A stretch of DNA of 64,000 bases, from contig JAAYSV010000024.1 in the NCBI GenBank assembly GCA_012518215.1, positions 2,340 to 66,339 on the forward strand, written 5' to 3'. Positions 24,403 to 34,035 of the stretch are shown here, in pieces. Made by a program: the position numbers and the translations under genes. The stretch is from Bacillota bacterium (GTDB lineage Bacteria; Bacillota; Dethiobacteria; DTU022; PWGO01). The notes under the pieces were generated by a model. The model saw nothing but the letters and a program-made list of their open reading frames with translations. It was not told where the DNA came from and ran no database searches. Numbering within the stretch: position 1 is the stretch's first letter; every line of letters begins with the position of its first letter.

Positions 24403-25170
24403 ATGCTAGGACCGGAAACAGCCACTTCCCGGCAAGATTCTGGTGTATTTCAAAGAATAGTAAAAGAGTCCTTTGCAGATATGTTCAAGAAAGAACTACA
24501 ACAGGGGTTGAAAGACGCATTTCCGATTGTTCTGGGATATCTCCCCTTGGGCTTTGCCTTCGGCATCATGGCCGGCGATGCAGGGCTTTCAGTTTTCCAG
24601 GCAGTCTCGATGTCAGCTCTCTGCCTCACCGGTGCCGGCCAATTCATTGCCATCGGAATGTTCAAGGCCGGTGGTTCAATTGTCGCTATCATCCTGACCA
24701 ATATCCTTGTCAATCTGCGTTATACACTTTTTGCCGCATCGACAGTGCCCTGCTTGAAAAACAGGATCCCTCCGGCAACGGCCACCATCCTCTCTTACGG
24801 TCTGACAGATGAGGTTTATGCCGTTTCGATGAACCGTTACCGGACACACCCGGCCACAACATCTTATCTGGCCGCACTCGTTTTTGCCGCCCATCTATCC
24901 TGGATATTGAGTACCCTGATCGGTGCGCTGGCTGGCACTCTCGTCGTTGATATCAGCAAGCTGGGAATGAATTTTATTCTTCCGGCAATGTATATATCTT
25001 TGCTGATCCTGATGATCAAAAAAAAATCAGATCTGTACACTGCCCTTGCAGCGGCTCTGATTGCTTTGCTGGTGGGGCACTTTGTACCCTCTGCCATGTC
25101 CAACAATTTCAATATCGTTGCCGCAACATTTATCGGCGCGACCCTGGGGGTAGTCTTGAGCCATGAATAA
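24403..25170 (+). CDS. azlC: AzlC family branched-chain amino acid exporter subunit
   Basis: Polytopic membrane protein with AzlC pattern (PIVLGYLPLGFAFGI..); true start may be the internal Met near 24478; overlaps azlD start. Confidence 0.8.
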   Translation: MLGPETATSRQDSGVFQRIVKESFADMFKKELQQGLKDAFPIVLGYLPLGFAFGIMAGDAGLSVFQAVSMSALCLTGAGQFIAIGMFKAGGSIVAIILTNILVNLRYTLFAASTVPCLKNRIPPATATILSYGLTDEVYAVSMNRYRTHPATTSYLAALVFAAHLSWILSTLIGALAGTLVVDISKLGMNFILPAMYISLLILMIKKKSDLYTALAAALIALLVGHFVPSAMSNNFNIVAATFIGATLGVVLSHE

Positions 25171-25489
25171 CCTTTATGTATGGTTTCTTATTTTTGGCGT
25201 TTCGGCCGTCAGCATGGCGCCGCGGATCATCCCGGTGGCTCTCTTTTCACGATTTAAAATGCCGCCATGGCTCGAAAAATGGCTTTCATTTGTTGCGCCC
25301 GCTGTTCTTGGCGCCCTCACTTCCGTAAGCATCCTGGCACCCCGGGGCAAAATCGATCTTGGCACGGGCAATCTTTACATCTGGGCCTTTATCCCCACGC
25401 TGGCAGCAGGGTTGAAAACAAAAAGCCCCTTCATCACATTGGCCGTGGGTGCCATCTCCATGGCTCTGTTGATTTATTTTGCGGGATGA
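25163..25489 (+). CDS. azlD: AzlD family branched-chain amino acid transport protein
   Basis: 108-aa, ~3-4 TM helices, start overlapping azlC stop; classic azlCD arrangement. Confidence 0.75.
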   Translation: MNNLYVWFLIFGVSAVSMAPRIIPVALFSRFKMPPWLEKWLSFVAPAVLGALTSVSILAPRGKIDLGTGNLYIWAFIPTLAAGLKTKSPFITLAVGAISMALLIYFAG

Positions 25490-25712
25490 CAAAAACTGCG
25501 ATGGATCATCCCTCGTATTCTCTCCAGGCCCTCTTCCTTGCATCAACCACCATTGCACAACACCATCCGCCCCGCTCTGTATTCCTCGCTGCCCCAAAGT
25601 ATGTTATCATGGATTGAGAAGGCAAATCCACGAACCGTACCCGGGGACATTGTTGAAATAATCACACCCCAAAAATGAAATAATAACAAATAAGCAAAGG
25701 GCAGATGAAATT

Positions 25713-27827
25713 ATGGCAAAAATGGATTTCATGTTCAACCCCAAAGAATTGGCAGTGGTCGGCGCTTCAAACACCCCCGGTAAAATTGGCCATGCTGTTT
25801 TGAAGAACATTATTGATAGCGGCTACAAGGGTACAATAGTACCACTCAACCCCGGGGAAAATGAGATACAGGGGCTAAAATGTTACAAATCAATCGGCGA
25901 ATACGGCCCGGTCGATCTGGCCATTCTCTGTATCCCGGAAAAGTTGGTAGCCGGTATTGCACGCGATTGCGGCGAAGCAGGTGTAAAAGGGCTCATCGTC
26001 ATCACTGCAGGTTTCAAAGAAACAGGACCGGAGGGACTTCAACGGGAGAGGGAACTGGTGCAGATATGCGAAAAATACAACATGTCCATGCTGGGGCCCA
26101 ACTGCGTTGGCCTCATAGATACGCACACCCCGTTGAATGCCTCCTTTGCTACAGGGAACCCCCCGCCCGGAAATATTTCATTCATCTCCCAGAGCGGTGC
26201 GATGCTCGTCTCCATTATCGACTGGAGTTTTTCTACCACCCTGGGGTTCTCCCGTTTCATCAGCCTCGGCAACAAGGCCAACCTGAGTGAAGTCGATTTT
26301 ATCGAAAGTTCGGTTGCCGACCCCAATACAAAAGTTATTCTATGCTATATAGAAGATGTCGTTGATGGCAAAAACTTCATCGATGTCGTGACCAGAGCCA
26401 GCATGGAGAAGCCGGTCATTATTCTAAAATCCGGAACCAGTGAATCAGGAGCCAAGGCGGCCAGCTCACACACAGGCGCCCTTGCGGGCAGCGATCAGGC
26501 CTACGATATTTCCTTTTTGCATAGCGGGGTCATTCGTGTCAAGAGAATGGAAGAACTCTTTGATCTGGCTGCCGCTTTCTCCATGTTGCCCCTCCCCGCC
26601 AATGACCGGATCGGCGTGGTAACCAACTCGGGCGGCCCGGGCATCATTACCGCCGATTGTGTTGAAAAATCCGGCTTGAGGATGGCTCGTTTTGACAAGA
26701 ACACCCTGGATATTCTCAGATCCGCACTCCCCAAGGAAGCAAGTATCTACAACCCCGTCGACATTCTAGGTGATGCGACGGTGGAACGCTATGAATTGGC
26801 ATTGGAAAAAGTCCTCGCCGACGAGAATACCGATAGCGCCATCCTGCTGCTGACCCCCACCGCGGTTACCGATCCCGAAGCTGTCGCTGATGCCGTGATC
26901 AAAGTCAGAAAGAAATTTGCCCACAAGCCCCTCTTCGCCATCCTCATGGGTGGAAAGACACTGGAAAAAGCAAAACAGAAGATAGCCAGCAACAACATAC
27001 CGGTCTACACTTTCCCGGAACCGGCAGTAAAAGCAATCAAGGGTATGGCCTCTTACACGAGATTCAAACAGGAATACAGGGAAAAAGAAGAAATGTTCAA
27101 ACCGGAAGGTGACCAGAATGCAGTTAAGGCCATATTCTATGATGTTCTGAAAGACAGGAGACTGGTACTGCTGGGAGACGAGACATCCCGCGTTGCTTCC
27201 GCCTATGGAATACCGGTCAGCCCCATCCTCAGAGCCCGAACAAAAGATGAAGCCATCAACATCAGTGAAAGGCTGGGTTATCCCGTGGCCATGAAAATAG
27301 CCTCCCATCATATCATTCACAAAACCGATGTCGGAGGAGTAAAATTGAACCTTTATAACAAAACAGAGGTTGGAAAAGCCTACGGGGACATGCTGAGACG
27401 TGTCAAACACTTTCTACCCGATGCACCCATCTACGGAGTGGAAATCCAGAAGATGGTTGGCGAGGGGATAGAACTCATCATTGGCATGACCAGGGACATC
27501 CAGTTTGGCCCCCTCATTGCCTTTGGTCTTGGTGGCATCTATGTAAACCTTATGGAAGACGTCGCTTTCAGCCTGGCAGCGGTTTTGAAGGATCCGGACG
27601 AGATCGAAAACCTGATTCGTAAAACCAAGGTATACTCCCTTCTGCGGGGATACAGGGGCAGCAAACCGGCAGACATCGCGGCGGTCGTGGATACCATTGC
27701 CAGGGTAGCTTCCCTGGCCATGGACTTCGAGGAAATCGTGGAGATGGATATCAACCCCCTGCGGGCGTTCAACAAAGGGGTTTCGGCACTGGATATAAAA
27801 ATAACGATCAATCCCCACTGGGATTGA
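25713..27827 (+). CDS. acetate--CoA ligase (ADP-forming), fused alpha/beta subunits
   Basis: 704 aa; N-terminal CoA-binding (LAVVGASNTPGKIGHAV), succinyl-CoA-synthetase-like ligase-CoA domains and C-terminal ATP-grasp; ADP-forming acetyl-CoA synthetase (ACD) architecture. Confidence 0.8.
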   Translation: MAKMDFMFNPKELAVVGASNTPGKIGHAVLKNIIDSGYKGTIVPLNPGENEIQGLKCYKSIGEYGPVDLAILCIPEKLVAGIARDCGEAGVKGLIVITAGFKETGPEGLQRERELVQICEKYNMSMLGPNCVGLIDTHTPLNASFATGNPPPGNISFISQSGAMLVSIIDWSFSTTLGFSRFISLGNKANLSEVDFIESSVADPNTKVILCYIEDVVDGKNFIDVVTRASMEKPVIILKSGTSESGAKAASSHTGALAGSDQAYDISFLHSGVIRVKRMEELFDLAAAFSMLPLPANDRIGVVTNSGGPGIITADCVEKSGLRMARFDKNTLDILRSALPKEASIYNPVDILGDATVERYELALEKVLADENTDSAILLLTPTAVTDPEAVADAVIKVRKKFAHKPLFAILMGGKTLEKAKQKIASNNIPVYTFPEPAVKAIKGMASYTRFKQEYREKEEMFKPEGDQNAVKAIFYDVLKDRRLVLLGDETSRVASAYGIPVSPILRARTKDEAINISERLGYPVAMKIASHHIIHKTDVGGVKLNLYNKTEVGKAYGDMLRRVKHFLPDAPIYGVEIQKMVGEGIELIIGMTRDIQFGPLIAFGLGGIYVNLMEDVAFSLAAVLKDPDEIENLIRKTKVYSLLRGYRGSKPADIAAVVDTIARVASLAMDFEEIVEMDINPLRAFNKGVSALDIKITINPHWD

Positions 27828-27943
27828 TGATGTTGGCGGACATGTTTGTCTTGTTCAAACCTGCCCGCGGATAGCACATCGGGGTCCATCCGTAATGGGA
27901 ATGGATCAATGGAGCAAATACCATCAGAAAGGAGCCATTGTAG

Positions 27944-29008
27944 ATGCGCGCAATCTACCTTTCCGGAAGAGCCGGCAGCGGAAAAACGGCATTGGCTCTG
28001 CCTATTGCCCTGAAGATCAAAGAAGAGGGATACAGTGTATCCTATTTCAAACCACTTGGCACACACCGGGGGCCAACCAAACAGGTTGATGATGACAGCA
28101 AGTTCATGAAAGAAATATTGCAACTGAAACATTCAAGCAAGACCATATCGCCCCTTACCATTACCGAGTACTATCTCTCCTCGGAAAAATTGGAACGCGA
28201 GGAAGCCCTGCTGAAAGATCTGGATAGGTGCTTCGGTAAAGTATCTCATGGTACAGACGTTGTCCTCATAGAAGGCGGGATCACTCCTTTCATGGGAGGC
28301 AGCAATGCCATGGATGACTTCAACCTGGCCCTGCGTTGGAACGCTTCCATGCTACACATAATCAGGGCCGATGACGATTTCGAGTTTGACAATTCCTTGA
28401 TATACCTCGAATATGCACAAAAAATGGGCCTGCCTGCCCTCGGATGCATTTTCAACAACACCTCGGATGCACAGTGGAATGTCACTTCCGGCATCTACAG
28501 GGATATTGTTGAAAGAAAAAATGTAGAGGTGATCGGGATCATGCCGCGGCGCAGGGCCATTGCCGCCCCCACCGTCAACGAATTTCTTGATGTCCTTGGT
28601 GGTGAACTGCTGACCGAACGATCCGACCTGAACCGCCCGGTGGAAAACATCACCATAGGAACGATGACCCCCGAGAGTGCTTTGAGCTACCTGCGACGTT
28701 CCCCCAACAAGGCCGTGATCACCGGCGGGGACCGCATCGACATGGCCCTGTCGGCCCTGGAAACCAGCACTTCCGTGCTCATCCTCACCGGAGGCCTCTA
28801 CCCCGATCTGAAAGTTATCTTCCGAGCCGAGGAAAAAGGTGTACCCGTCGTTCTTGTTCATCAGGACACCTTTTCCACGGTGGAAAATTTGCATGACATT
28901 TGCCGGACCATCAACCCGAAAAATGAAGAGGCAATCCGCATCCTGAAAGAAGATGCTGCGCAGTTCATCGACTTCAGGCCGATCATGACATTGCTCAAAG
29001 AAAAATAA
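27944..29008 (+). CDS. phosphotransacetylase N-terminal-domain-like protein (AAA_26/CobQ-like NTPase + DRTGG domain)
   Basis: P-loop GRAGSGKTALALPIAL at N-terminus and VITGGDRID (DRTGG-like) C-terminal module; lacks the catalytic Pta C-terminal domain. Confidence 0.65.
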   Translation: MRAIYLSGRAGSGKTALALPIALKIKEEGYSVSYFKPLGTHRGPTKQVDDDSKFMKEILQLKHSSKTISPLTITEYYLSSEKLEREEALLKDLDRCFGKVSHGTDVVLIEGGITPFMGGSNAMDDFNLALRWNASMLHIIRADDDFEFDNSLIYLEYAQKMGLPALGCIFNNTSDAQWNVTSGIYRDIVERKNVEVIGIMPRRRAIAAPTVNEFLDVLGGELLTERSDLNRPVENITIGTMTPESALSYLRRSPNKAVITGGDRIDMALSALETSTSVLILTGGLYPDLKVIFRAEEKGVPVVLVHQDTFSTVENLHDICRTINPKNEEAIRILKEDAAQFIDFRPIMTLLKEK

Positions 29009-29040
29009 AAGGGGAAATTAAAATCGGGGTTCAATCTTGC

Positions 29041-29071
29041 CTCATCGTGGAAGGGGTATCCCCTTCCACGA
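29041..29071 (+). terminator. strong stem-loop downstream of the pta-N-like gene (candidate terminator)
   Basis: Perfect 14-bp inverted repeat CATCGTGGAAGGGG-TAT-CCCCTTCCACGATG; T-run (ATTATTTTTTG) lies ~12 nt downstream rather than immediately adjacent. Confidence 0.4.
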
Positions 29072-29166
29072 TGGATACATGACCATTATTTTTTGCCGTT
29101 ACTGCTAGCTGCATTTCTTGATTATCAACGATAATTCAATTATAATATCATCAATAGAAAATACAT

Positions 29167-29242
29167 GCGCCTGTAGCTCAGGGGATAGAGCAATGGATTC
29201 CTAATCCATGTGTCGGGGGTTCAAGTCCTCCCAGGCGTACCA
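29167..29242 (+). tRNA. tRNA-Arg (anticodon CCT)
   Basis: GCGCCTGTAGCTCAGGGGATAGAGC..ATGGATTCCTAATCCAT..GGTTCAAGTCC..GTACCA; anticodon loop TTCCTAA; encoded CCA. Integrase remnant lies immediately downstream. Confidence 0.8.
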
Positions 29243-29668
29243 TTTCAAATGGAGGTCGCAAACGCTTGTGGCACAAGGGTTTACATGACTTCCATTTTTT
29301 TATGCACACGTCCCGGAAATGAGTATCGGATGCATTGTCCGTCACCCCTGGGCTTGGTTTTTCCGTATTTTTTGCCAAACTGTTGCGCAAGTTTTGCCAT
29401 TTTGAGGTTTTCCAAGAGGTCAACCATGCAGTGTTCATCGGCATCTACGGGATATTTTAGCCCCGTCGAAACAGCTTTTTCTTTGGTCAAATTTTCCAAA
29501 CTTTTGCCAAAAAGTTTGCGTATTTTCTGCAAATTTGGCAAATAATTGACGTTTTGACCGTTTTATGCCCGTTTTTGCATTTTTGTTGCAGACCAACAAT
29601 GCAGTGTTCATCGCTGTTTACAGCGTTTTTTCGGAAACGATCACATGGATTTTTAGTCCCATACTCAA

Positions 29669-29950
29669 TTACCGTCGATTGTAGTTCAGTAATTGAGTTA
29701 TTTTGGAACGTTTTGTGATCGGCGGTTCTCCGGATAATATATTGGCCTCGGCTGCCCCGGTTTGGTGTTCTGCATCGGGATGAATATAGACATCGGCCGT
29801 AAAACTGGTGCTGCTGTGACCCAGCCTGTCCGATACGATTTTAATGGGAATGTTGCTGTCTGCCAACCTACATAGGCGTCCCCTATTGTAGCGCCAGTAT
29901 AGCTTCCTAGGTTTTTCTCAGAGAAGGTATATCCTTCTGCAAAAGCATCC
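29669..29950 (-). pseudogene. tyrosine recombinase/integrase C-terminal fragment (frameshifted remnant)
   Basis: Frame 1 gives IVSDRLGHSSTSFTADVYIHP (the R..LGHSS....Y.H integrase C-terminal signature); the upstream part continues in another frame; no intact N-terminal domains. Confidence 0.6.
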
Positions 29951-29955
29951 ATCTA

Positions 29956-30585
29956 TTATCCCTCCAAGAATTTCTGTAAACCATCAAGATACAAGGCCAT
30001 TGTCAAACATCTATACTGCTGTTCTCTAATCTCCTTACGTAACATGTTTGTAGCAACCGAGCTTGATGTAATAAGTCCTTTGGGGTGAGCTAAAAGTGGA
30101 TTATATTTATAAGGATAATTCGCAAACGTCCATTTTAAAGAATTAACAGCATTTGCAGTCAAATCTTCAAACTCTTGCTGGTAATTCTTGCTAAACTCTA
30201 AAAAGTCTTTATACTCATCCTTCTTAAGCAAAGAATCCTCCACATACATAACTGCTCTTTTACCAAGCCAGCCATATTTCATACCATATTTATTAAACAT
30301 GATATTGACATTTTTTCTCTGTTCATTAGCTTCCTTAAAATTCCCCATAAATAAGATATTGGTGTTAGATGTTATTTTAGGTAAAGTATCCTTATATTGC
30401 TTAGGAGTGTACATGACTGCCGAAATACTACCATCCTTTGTACCAATAACTTTCCCATCCTTATCATCATTCTGCCCGATTAATGCCATAAGGTAATTTG
30501 CATACTCTCTCGTCTTCACATCGTATACAATAATCAACGAGATTTTCTTATTCTGATTATCGAACATAACTATTTCCTCCCACAA
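29956..30585 (-). CDS. hypothetical protein (AT-rich, horizontally acquired; possibly Rossmann-like)
   Basis: 209-aa ORF in a visibly AT-rich segment; strand-helix start (KISLIIVYDVKTREYANYLMALIG) suggests an alpha/beta fold; no motif I can assign confidently. Confidence 0.5.
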   Translation of the reverse strand: MWEEIVMFDNQNKKISLIIVYDVKTREYANYLMALIGQNDDKDGKVIGTKDGSISAVMYTPKQYKDTLPKITSNTNILFMGNFKEANEQRKNVNIMFNKYGMKYGWLGKRAVMYVEDSLLKKDEYKDFLEFSKNYQQEFEDLTANAVNSLKWTFANYPYKYNPLLAHPKGLITSSSVATNMLRKEIREQQYRCLTMALYLDGLQKFLEG

Positions 30586-30708
30586 TTTTGATTTGTTTTG
30601 CTATCATATATTTTTTGCTTAATTTCCAGCATAACTTTCTTCATTACTCTGTTTCCAATTCCCTTTAATCACAATACCAATGCTTTGACATCTATATTTC
30701 TTTCTCTT

Positions 30709-31191
30709 CTACTTTTTGTCTTTTATTGCCTTTTGTAACCATGCACTTGTTCCTCCAACCAAAGCCATTTCAGGGATAATAACAGGAATTGTTGCTAACG
30801 CCGTAGCTAATCCAAGTGCTCCTACAGCACTCACAAATTCCTTCGACACATCCTTTCGTGTTGTTGTACCTGCTAAAATTGATGGAGTAAGCATATTTGC
30901 TTTAGCAAGTAATGCTTTTCTATCTGCACTGTTATATTTATCAGGGTTATCGATAAACACATCTAACAGGCACTTTAACATTTCTGTATCTTCTGGAAAT
31001 CCTACCATTTCAGCATCCAATACAGTTCTTATGGCAATATATTGAGTTTTATTCAATTTGTTTCTCTTTGCTTCAAGATTATTGATAGTTTGTCGAGTAA
31101 CACCAATTCGTTCACCAAACTCCTCTGCAGTCCAACCAGCAGCCCTACGAATTAAAAGCAAGTGTTCTTGTAATCTTTCTATTTCTTTCAT
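30709..31191 (-). CDS. XRE-family HTH regulator with C-terminal transmembrane anchor
   Basis: HTH_3 motif (ERIGVTRQTINNLEAKRNK) at N-terminus; C-terminal hydrophobic helix (AVGALGLATALATIPVIIPEMALVGG); same AT-rich segment as the neighbouring gene. Confidence 0.6.
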   Translation of the reverse strand: MKEIERLQEHLLLIRRAAGWTAEEFGERIGVTRQTINNLEAKRNKLNKTQYIAIRTVLDAEMVGFPEDTEMLKCLLDVFIDNPDKYNSADRKALLAKANMLTPSILAGTTTRKDVSKEFVSAVGALGLATALATIPVIIPEMALVGGTSAWLQKAIKDKK

Positions 31192-31203
31192 AATGCTACC
31201 TCC

Positions 31204-31539
31204 TTGTATATATCATATACCTGGACAAATATTTTGTCAAAAGTAAAATCATTTTTCACTCCCCCATATACGATGGCTTTGCCTGAAGCATACGGGCAGC
31301 GGCTGCGCAGCACCAACATTTTGGAGCGTTTGAATCAAGAAGTGCGCCGGCGAGAAAGGGTGATCCGTATTTTCCCCAACACGGATTCGGCTATGAGTTT
31401 GCTAGGAGCCCTGCTGATGGAACAAGATGAACTCCGGTCTACCGGAAGATTGTACTTCAAGATGGAGCAGTACCAAGGGCGGAAAGAAGAAAACCGTGGA
31501 AAAGGGAATGTCGAGACAAAAGATGATAAGGTGGCTTAG
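31204..31539 (+). pseudogene. IS256-family (mutator-type) transposase C-terminal fragment
   Basis: RLRSTNILERLNQEVRRRERVIRIFPNTDSAMSLLGALLMEQDE matches the conserved C-terminal region of IS256 transposases; N-terminal catalytic part absent. Confidence 0.65.
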
Positions 31540-31770
31540 ACAATGAAAAAAGTCCAGAGGGGAATTTAAACCACAAAATGGACTTGACCTTTGTCATGGG
31601 CCCTGTCCGGCAAGAATTTGCACAAAACAACTATTCTATGCGCGCATCTTTTTCATTTTCAAGCAAGACTCCAAAATATTTAAAAGGCACCGGTCCTATT
31701 TTGCACTGTTCCCACATCGGGAAAAACCCTTCCATGGGCAAATCATATTTTTGCTTTGCGGCTTTGCGAT

Positions 31771-33513
31771 TCAGGGTTGGCGGCGCAGCATCCTGCCCGG
31801 GAGTGCCTCCCCGTTGAATCTGCCTTCCGACACCACGGATACGCCATTGATAAAGACATGATCGATACCCGTGGGGTGAATAGACGGGTTGTTAAAGGTT
31901 GCGGCTGTTCCGAGCCGCGGCAGGTCCATAACCACGATGTCCCCGTGGTATCCCTTCTTTATAGTGCCGCGTTCCCGTATGTTCATCGCCGCTGCAGGTA
32001 CGGAAGTGCATTTTTTTATGGCCTCCTCGATAGGAAGAAGCTTCTTCTGTTTCACGAAAAAATCGATGAACCGCGGGAAGCCGTCGTAGAAGACGTGTGA
32101 AGGCCTGCCCACGGGGCGCAGTATCGTATCGGTGGAAGGCATCGAGAGGGGGTGAGTAAACCCCGACCACATGGAGCGGAAGGCAAAGGGATCGTCCGGG
32201 CCGGTAGGCGTATGGAAAACCATGACCTGCCCCTTTTCCTCGATCAGCAGATCGCAGATAACGTCGAAGGCATGCTTCCCTTCTTTCTTCCCTATTTCGG
32301 GAAATGTTCTGCCTTCCATCCAGCGGTTGTGCTCGCTGGCCACAGCCATCACCCTGAGGCCGTTCCAGCCGGTTATCTTGAGATAATTGAAGGACCATGT
32401 AGCACCATCGCGATGTGGCCACACGGGTTCGACATTGTTGATATCTGAAAGCACCCTTCGGCGAAAAGAGCGGTCTTTCAAGCGTTCCAGAGCCTGTTGC
32501 CTGCTCCCTTCGAAAGCATAGGGTGGCAGGAAGGCAGTTAACTCCGTGAACCCCTGGGATGTGGGAACCATATCGAAGCTGACCTGAAGCCCCTCCTCCC
32601 GCTTCTTCTCGATAAGACTCAACTTGGATTCGAGCCCCTTTTCAATGGGGATGGGGATTTTCAGCCTATTGTACAGGAATGAACCTGCCTGTATAACCGC
32701 CTTGGTAATGGCCGTAAGGCCCCTGGTATACGGCTGCCAGTACAGGTGGGAAACCTGAACGGGGATCTCGCTGCGCTGCCCTACCTGGAAAACCTCGTCG
32801 AGGGCCTGATCCAATGTGTGGGAATAGCTGCGCAGGTGCGAGGTGAAGACCCCGCCATACTTTTTCAGCATCTTGCCGCAGCCAAGAAGTTCGTCAAGAT
32901 CACTCTGAAGGCCCGGAAAATACTGGAGGCCGGTGCTCATTCCGAAACATCCCATGGACAAGCATTCCTCGAGGTAACGCTCCAGAAATTTTTGTTCATC
33001 ACCGGTGAGCAATCGCGTTACCAGGCCGGAAGCAGCAATGCGCAATGTTCCATGCCCGGCAAGTATCCCGGCGTTCAGCAACATGCCTTTTTTCTCGACA
33101 TGCTCCATGTATTCCGCAGGCGTTTTCCAGCAGGCTGTTTTTTCCATGGACTGGCCGTTCAGTGTTTCAAGGTGAGCAAGTATATCCCCGCGCCTCTCGG
33201 GAAGGATGAAACTGCAGGAGAAACCGCAATTGCCTCCGATGAATGTGGTTACCCCCTGCATCACCAGGGGACTCAAAATCACGTTATGGTCATCCAGCGG
33301 AAGGACAAAATCGGCATGGGAATGGATATCGATAAAACCGGGCACCACCATTTTACCCTCGGCATCGACAACCGTCCCGGCGCTGGCATCACCCAGCTTG
33401 CCGATAGCAGCGATCTTTCCGTCCCGCAGTCCGATATCCGCCCTGTAACAGGGCTTGCCGGAACCGTCTGCTACGTTTCCATTCAAGATAAGTACGTCGA
33501 ACATGGCGATCAT
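31771..33513 (-). CDS. N-acyl-D-amino-acid deacylase (D-aminoacylase) family amidohydrolase
   Basis: 580 aa; N-terminal LILNGNVADGSG..VVPGFIDIHSHADF metal-binding HxH motif and overall D-aminoacylase architecture. Confidence 0.75.
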   Translation of the reverse strand: MIAMFDVLILNGNVADGSGKPCYRADIGLRDGKIAAIGKLGDASAGTVVDAEGKMVVPGFIDIHSHADFVLPLDDHNVILSPLVMQGVTTFIGGNCGFSCSFILPERRGDILAHLETLNGQSMEKTACWKTPAEYMEHVEKKGMLLNAGILAGHGTLRIAASGLVTRLLTGDEQKFLERYLEECLSMGCFGMSTGLQYFPGLQSDLDELLGCGKMLKKYGGVFTSHLRSYSHTLDQALDEVFQVGQRSEIPVQVSHLYWQPYTRGLTAITKAVIQAGSFLYNRLKIPIPIEKGLESKLSLIEKKREEGLQVSFDMVPTSQGFTELTAFLPPYAFEGSRQQALERLKDRSFRRRVLSDINNVEPVWPHRDGATWSFNYLKITGWNGLRVMAVASEHNRWMEGRTFPEIGKKEGKHAFDVICDLLIEEKGQVMVFHTPTGPDDPFAFRSMWSGFTHPLSMPSTDTILRPVGRPSHVFYDGFPRFIDFFVKQKKLLPIEEAIKKCTSVPAAAMNIRERGTIKKGYHGDIVVMDLPRLGTAATFNNPSIHPTGIDHVFINGVSVVSEGRFNGEALPGRMLRRQP

Positions 33514-34035
33514 CCTTTGCTACATATTTTCTTCTTGTTCGGCATCAGCGATCTTTATTTTTTTCGGGATACATGGAATTCAGGGAAATGATCGGAACCC
33601 GCACCGTGTCTGCCTGCGGAAAGAATTTTCCCGCTGCCATCTGTCTGGCTGCAGGCGTAGTCCGCAAGGAAAGCAATTTGTTTTATGTAAAGTAATTATA
33701 ATAACATTCTGTCTCTGGTGTCAACCTGCATCACCCCTCCGACAGATAGGGGCAGGAGCAAGAAGTCTTGAACCATGCTCGGGGTAAAAAAGAATATAGA
33801 GAGGCAATACCGGAATCTTCCGGCCCGAGGCCATGAAAAGACCTGTGGGTGGTTATGTAAAGGATTGCCAAGCCGGGCGGTACCCGGCTCATTGGTAGCA
33901 GATCTTGCCATCAAGGAATCATTCGATGGTTCGCCCCTGGTTGAACCGAACAGCAAGGATGACAGATTCAAACCATGAATGGCAGGGCAAGGTTGGGCGG
34001 ATGCAAAGAAGGCCGCCCAACCCCTGCTGCATGGT

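Noticed and set aside
33997-34026. 9-bp perfect hairpin TTGGGCGGC...GCCGCCCAA just downstream of the enolase-family gene stop
   Set aside because: No adjacent T-run on either strand, so not a convincing intrinsic terminator; could be a REP-like or protein-binding palindrome.
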